Of a stretch of DNA of 64,000 nt, positions 63,101 to 64,000 are shown one piece after another; position 1 is the stretch's first letter, and every line of letters starts with the position of its first letter. The translations under genes and the position numbers were made by a program. Location: IMG/VR virus record IMGVR_UViG_3300021142_000006. One strand, 5' to 3'. The DNA is from a virus (taxonomy: Duplodnaviria; Heunggongvirae; Uroviricota; Caudoviricetes). The notes beneath the pieces are model-generated. The model saw nothing but the letters and a program-made list of their open reading frames with translations. It was not told where the DNA came from and made no database searches.

Positions 63101-64000
63101 CCATTTGTACCTGATGTTCCTGAAGTAGATGAAACTCCGCTTATACCATTAGTACCAGATGTTCCAGATGTGCTTGATGCTGTGGAAGTTCCAGATGTTG
63201 ATACAGAACCTGAAGAACCATTTGTACCTGATGTTCCACTTGTTGATGATACAGTAGATGTACCTGAAGTTGAATTAGTTCCTGATGTACCATGTGTACC
63301 AGAACTACCAGTTGTACCAGCTGTACCACTTGTTGATGAGTTACCTGATGTAGATGAATTACCTGATGAACCGCTTGTACCTGTTGTACCAGCTGTACCA
63401 CTTGTTGATGAATTACCAGATGTTGTTGTTAAACCAGATGTACCTTGGCTACCATTTGTACCACTCGTTCCGCTTGTGCTACTCAATCCTGAAGTACCAC
63501 CTAAACCATTAATTCCAGATGTGCCGTTTGTACCTGATGTGCCTGATGTATTACTTAACCCACTTGTTCCAGCCAAACCATTAATACCAGATGTTCCGTT
63601 AGTACCATTCGTTCCTGAAGTATTACTTAATCCTGATGTACCACCTAAACCATTGATACCAGATGTACCATTGGTACCTGATGTACCAGATGTACTTGAA
63701 ACCGTTGACGCACCTGATGTAGATGCTAATCCTGATGTACCATTTGAACCATTAGTACCTGATGTACCTGAAACTGTTGATGTACCTGATGTAGATGCTA
63801 ATCCTGACGTACCATTGCTACCATTTGTACCACTTGTACCAGATACAGTTGACGTACCTGCTGTAGCATTTGCGCCAGAAGTACCATTTGTGCCACTCGT
63901 ACCTGAACTGTTACTCAATCCTGAAGTACCAGAAGAAGAATTTGTTCCTGATGTACCAGCTGTTCCTGAAGAACCTGCCGTATTTGATAAACCTGATGTA
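60109..64000 (-). CDS. very long GTSG-repeat virion fibre-like protein (5' partial)
   Basis: frame stays open to the window edge; over 1000 aa of SGTSGT/NG repeats; C-terminal YGQLCYLDASGIWQLADA...LGVC domain. Confidence 0.75.
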   Translation of the reverse strand, partial: TSGLSNTAGSSGTAGTSGTNSSSGTSGLSNSSGTSGTNGTSGANATAGTSTVSGTSGTNGSNGTSGLASTSGTSTVSGTSGTNGSNGTSGLASTSGASTVSSTSGTSGTNGTSGINGLGGTSGLSNTSGTNGTNGTSGINGLAGTSGLSNTSGTSGTNGTSGINGLGGTSGLSSTSGTSGTNGSQGTSGLTTTSGNSSTSGTAGTTGTSGSSGNSSTSGNSSTSGTAGTTGSSGTHGTSGTNSTSGTSTVSSTSGTSGTNGSSGSVSTSGTSTASSTSGTSGTNGISGVSSTSGTSGTNGSSGTNSVAGTSGISNTSGTSGTNGTSGASSTAGTSTVSGTSGTNGSNGTSGLASTSGTSTVSGTSGTNGSNGTSGINGIGGTSGLSNTSGTNGTNGTSGINGLAGTSGLSNTSGTSGTNGTSGTNSTSGTSTVSGTSGTSGTSGTSGLTSTSGTSTVSSTSGTSGTNGVSGIASTSGTSTVSGTSGTSGTSGTSGLTSTSGTSTASGTSGTTGSNGTSGSATTSGTSTASASSGTSGTSGTHGTSGTNSTAGTSGISNTAGTSGTSGTSGLSSTSGTSSTNSSSGTTGTSGTSGMSGANGVSGASGSSGTVGTSGTNGTSGTNSSSGTSTISSTSGTSGSNGTSGATTTSGTSSVSSTSGTAGTSGTHGTSGTNSTSGTSTVSSTSGTSGSNGSSGSVSTSGTSSVSGTSGTNGSSGTNSVAGTSGLSNTSGSSGTNGTSGINATAGTSTVSGTSGTNGSNGTSGTASTSGTSSLSSTSGTSGSSGTHGTSGINSTSGTSTISSTSGTSGSNGSSGSVSTSGTSTVSGTSGTTGSNGSSGNSGNSGNSGVSGTSGTTGSNGTSGVAGSSGTNAASSGTSGTSGTSGVNGLTGISGTSGTAGTSGNSGTSGAVGTAGTSGITGTSGTGASGTSGVNGTSGTSGATGTSGTGAAGTSGVNGTSGTSGATGTSGVNGTSGTSGATGTSGTKGGGGTSGINGTAGTSGATGTSGTGAAGTSGVNGTAGTSGIPGTSGVSFSGTSGINGTAGTSGATGTSGTGADGTSGVNGTAGTSGIPGTSGVSFSGTSGISGGTFSDYPNYMVITAGASTVTDTHNVKYDTTNKVLIAGLTTILAGGTPRTGITSVLSLTGYSSGNFTGDVLINQTAGAYGLSYGQLCYLDASGIWQLADATGSATAINMLGVCVKTAALGFVTDILIRGFISEPYGVSSTYTPNVGDQLYMDGVSPGSPGNFATLDEVNTYYTSGNIVRSVGFVAQMGGVGTVQTIYFNPSNDYITL

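Noticed and set aside
60147-63401. Alternate-frame and antisense ORFs in repeat genes (also 38273..40118 and 22091..22372)
   Set aside because: They are shadows of low-complexity coding repeats.
1-64000. Genome-wide TAG recoding (code 15)
   Set aside because: Long genes are uninterrupted in the standard code, and TAG ends genes cleanly at 2185, 19341 and 42958. In-frame TAG was seen only at codon 3 of two genes.
38284-64000. CRISPR array or DNA repeat element in the GTSG regions
   Set aside because: The repeats are codon-degenerate, in frame and encode Gly/Ser/Thr peptides; there is no repeat-spacer periodicity.

Overview
AT-rich 64-kb segment of a very large (jumbo/mega) phage genome, probably infecting a Bacteroidetes host. 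The host inference rests on recurrent TTTG-N19/20-TAnnTTTG promoters and a phage protein with a T9SS C-terminal sorting domain. The window is dominated by translation-support functions: about 30 tRNA genes covering all 20 amino acids in three minus-strand arrays plus a lone tRNA-Cys, an amber (CUA) suppressor tRNA, a tmRNA, a CCA-adding enzyme split by a homing endonuclease, 2H/HAD/RlaP-type RNA repair enzymes, Pth2, a Trbp111-like protein and YqeY. It also holds glycan-biosynthesis islands, a secreted cohesin/CsgG/lectin cluster and two Gly-Thr-Ser repeat virion-like proteins. Main discovery: each tRNA array is preceded by promoter -> short leader ORF -> antiterminator -> intrinsic terminator. 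The codon run just before the antiterminator is built only from codons read by the tRNAs of that same array, often down to the isoacceptor. This looks like a ribosome-stalling attenuator that switches on phage tRNA supply when those tRNAs run short. Other notable items are two adjacent genes (one is Pth2) that both start ATG-TTG-TAG-ATT about 1 kb from the amber suppressor, an HNH cassette that broke a tRNA-Arg gene and carries a replacement, three tRNA scaffolds with a conserved module replacing the anticodon loop, and several unannotated structured RNAs. Everything was read by eye; no searches or folding programs were run, so family names are motif-based and coordinates may be off by a base or two.
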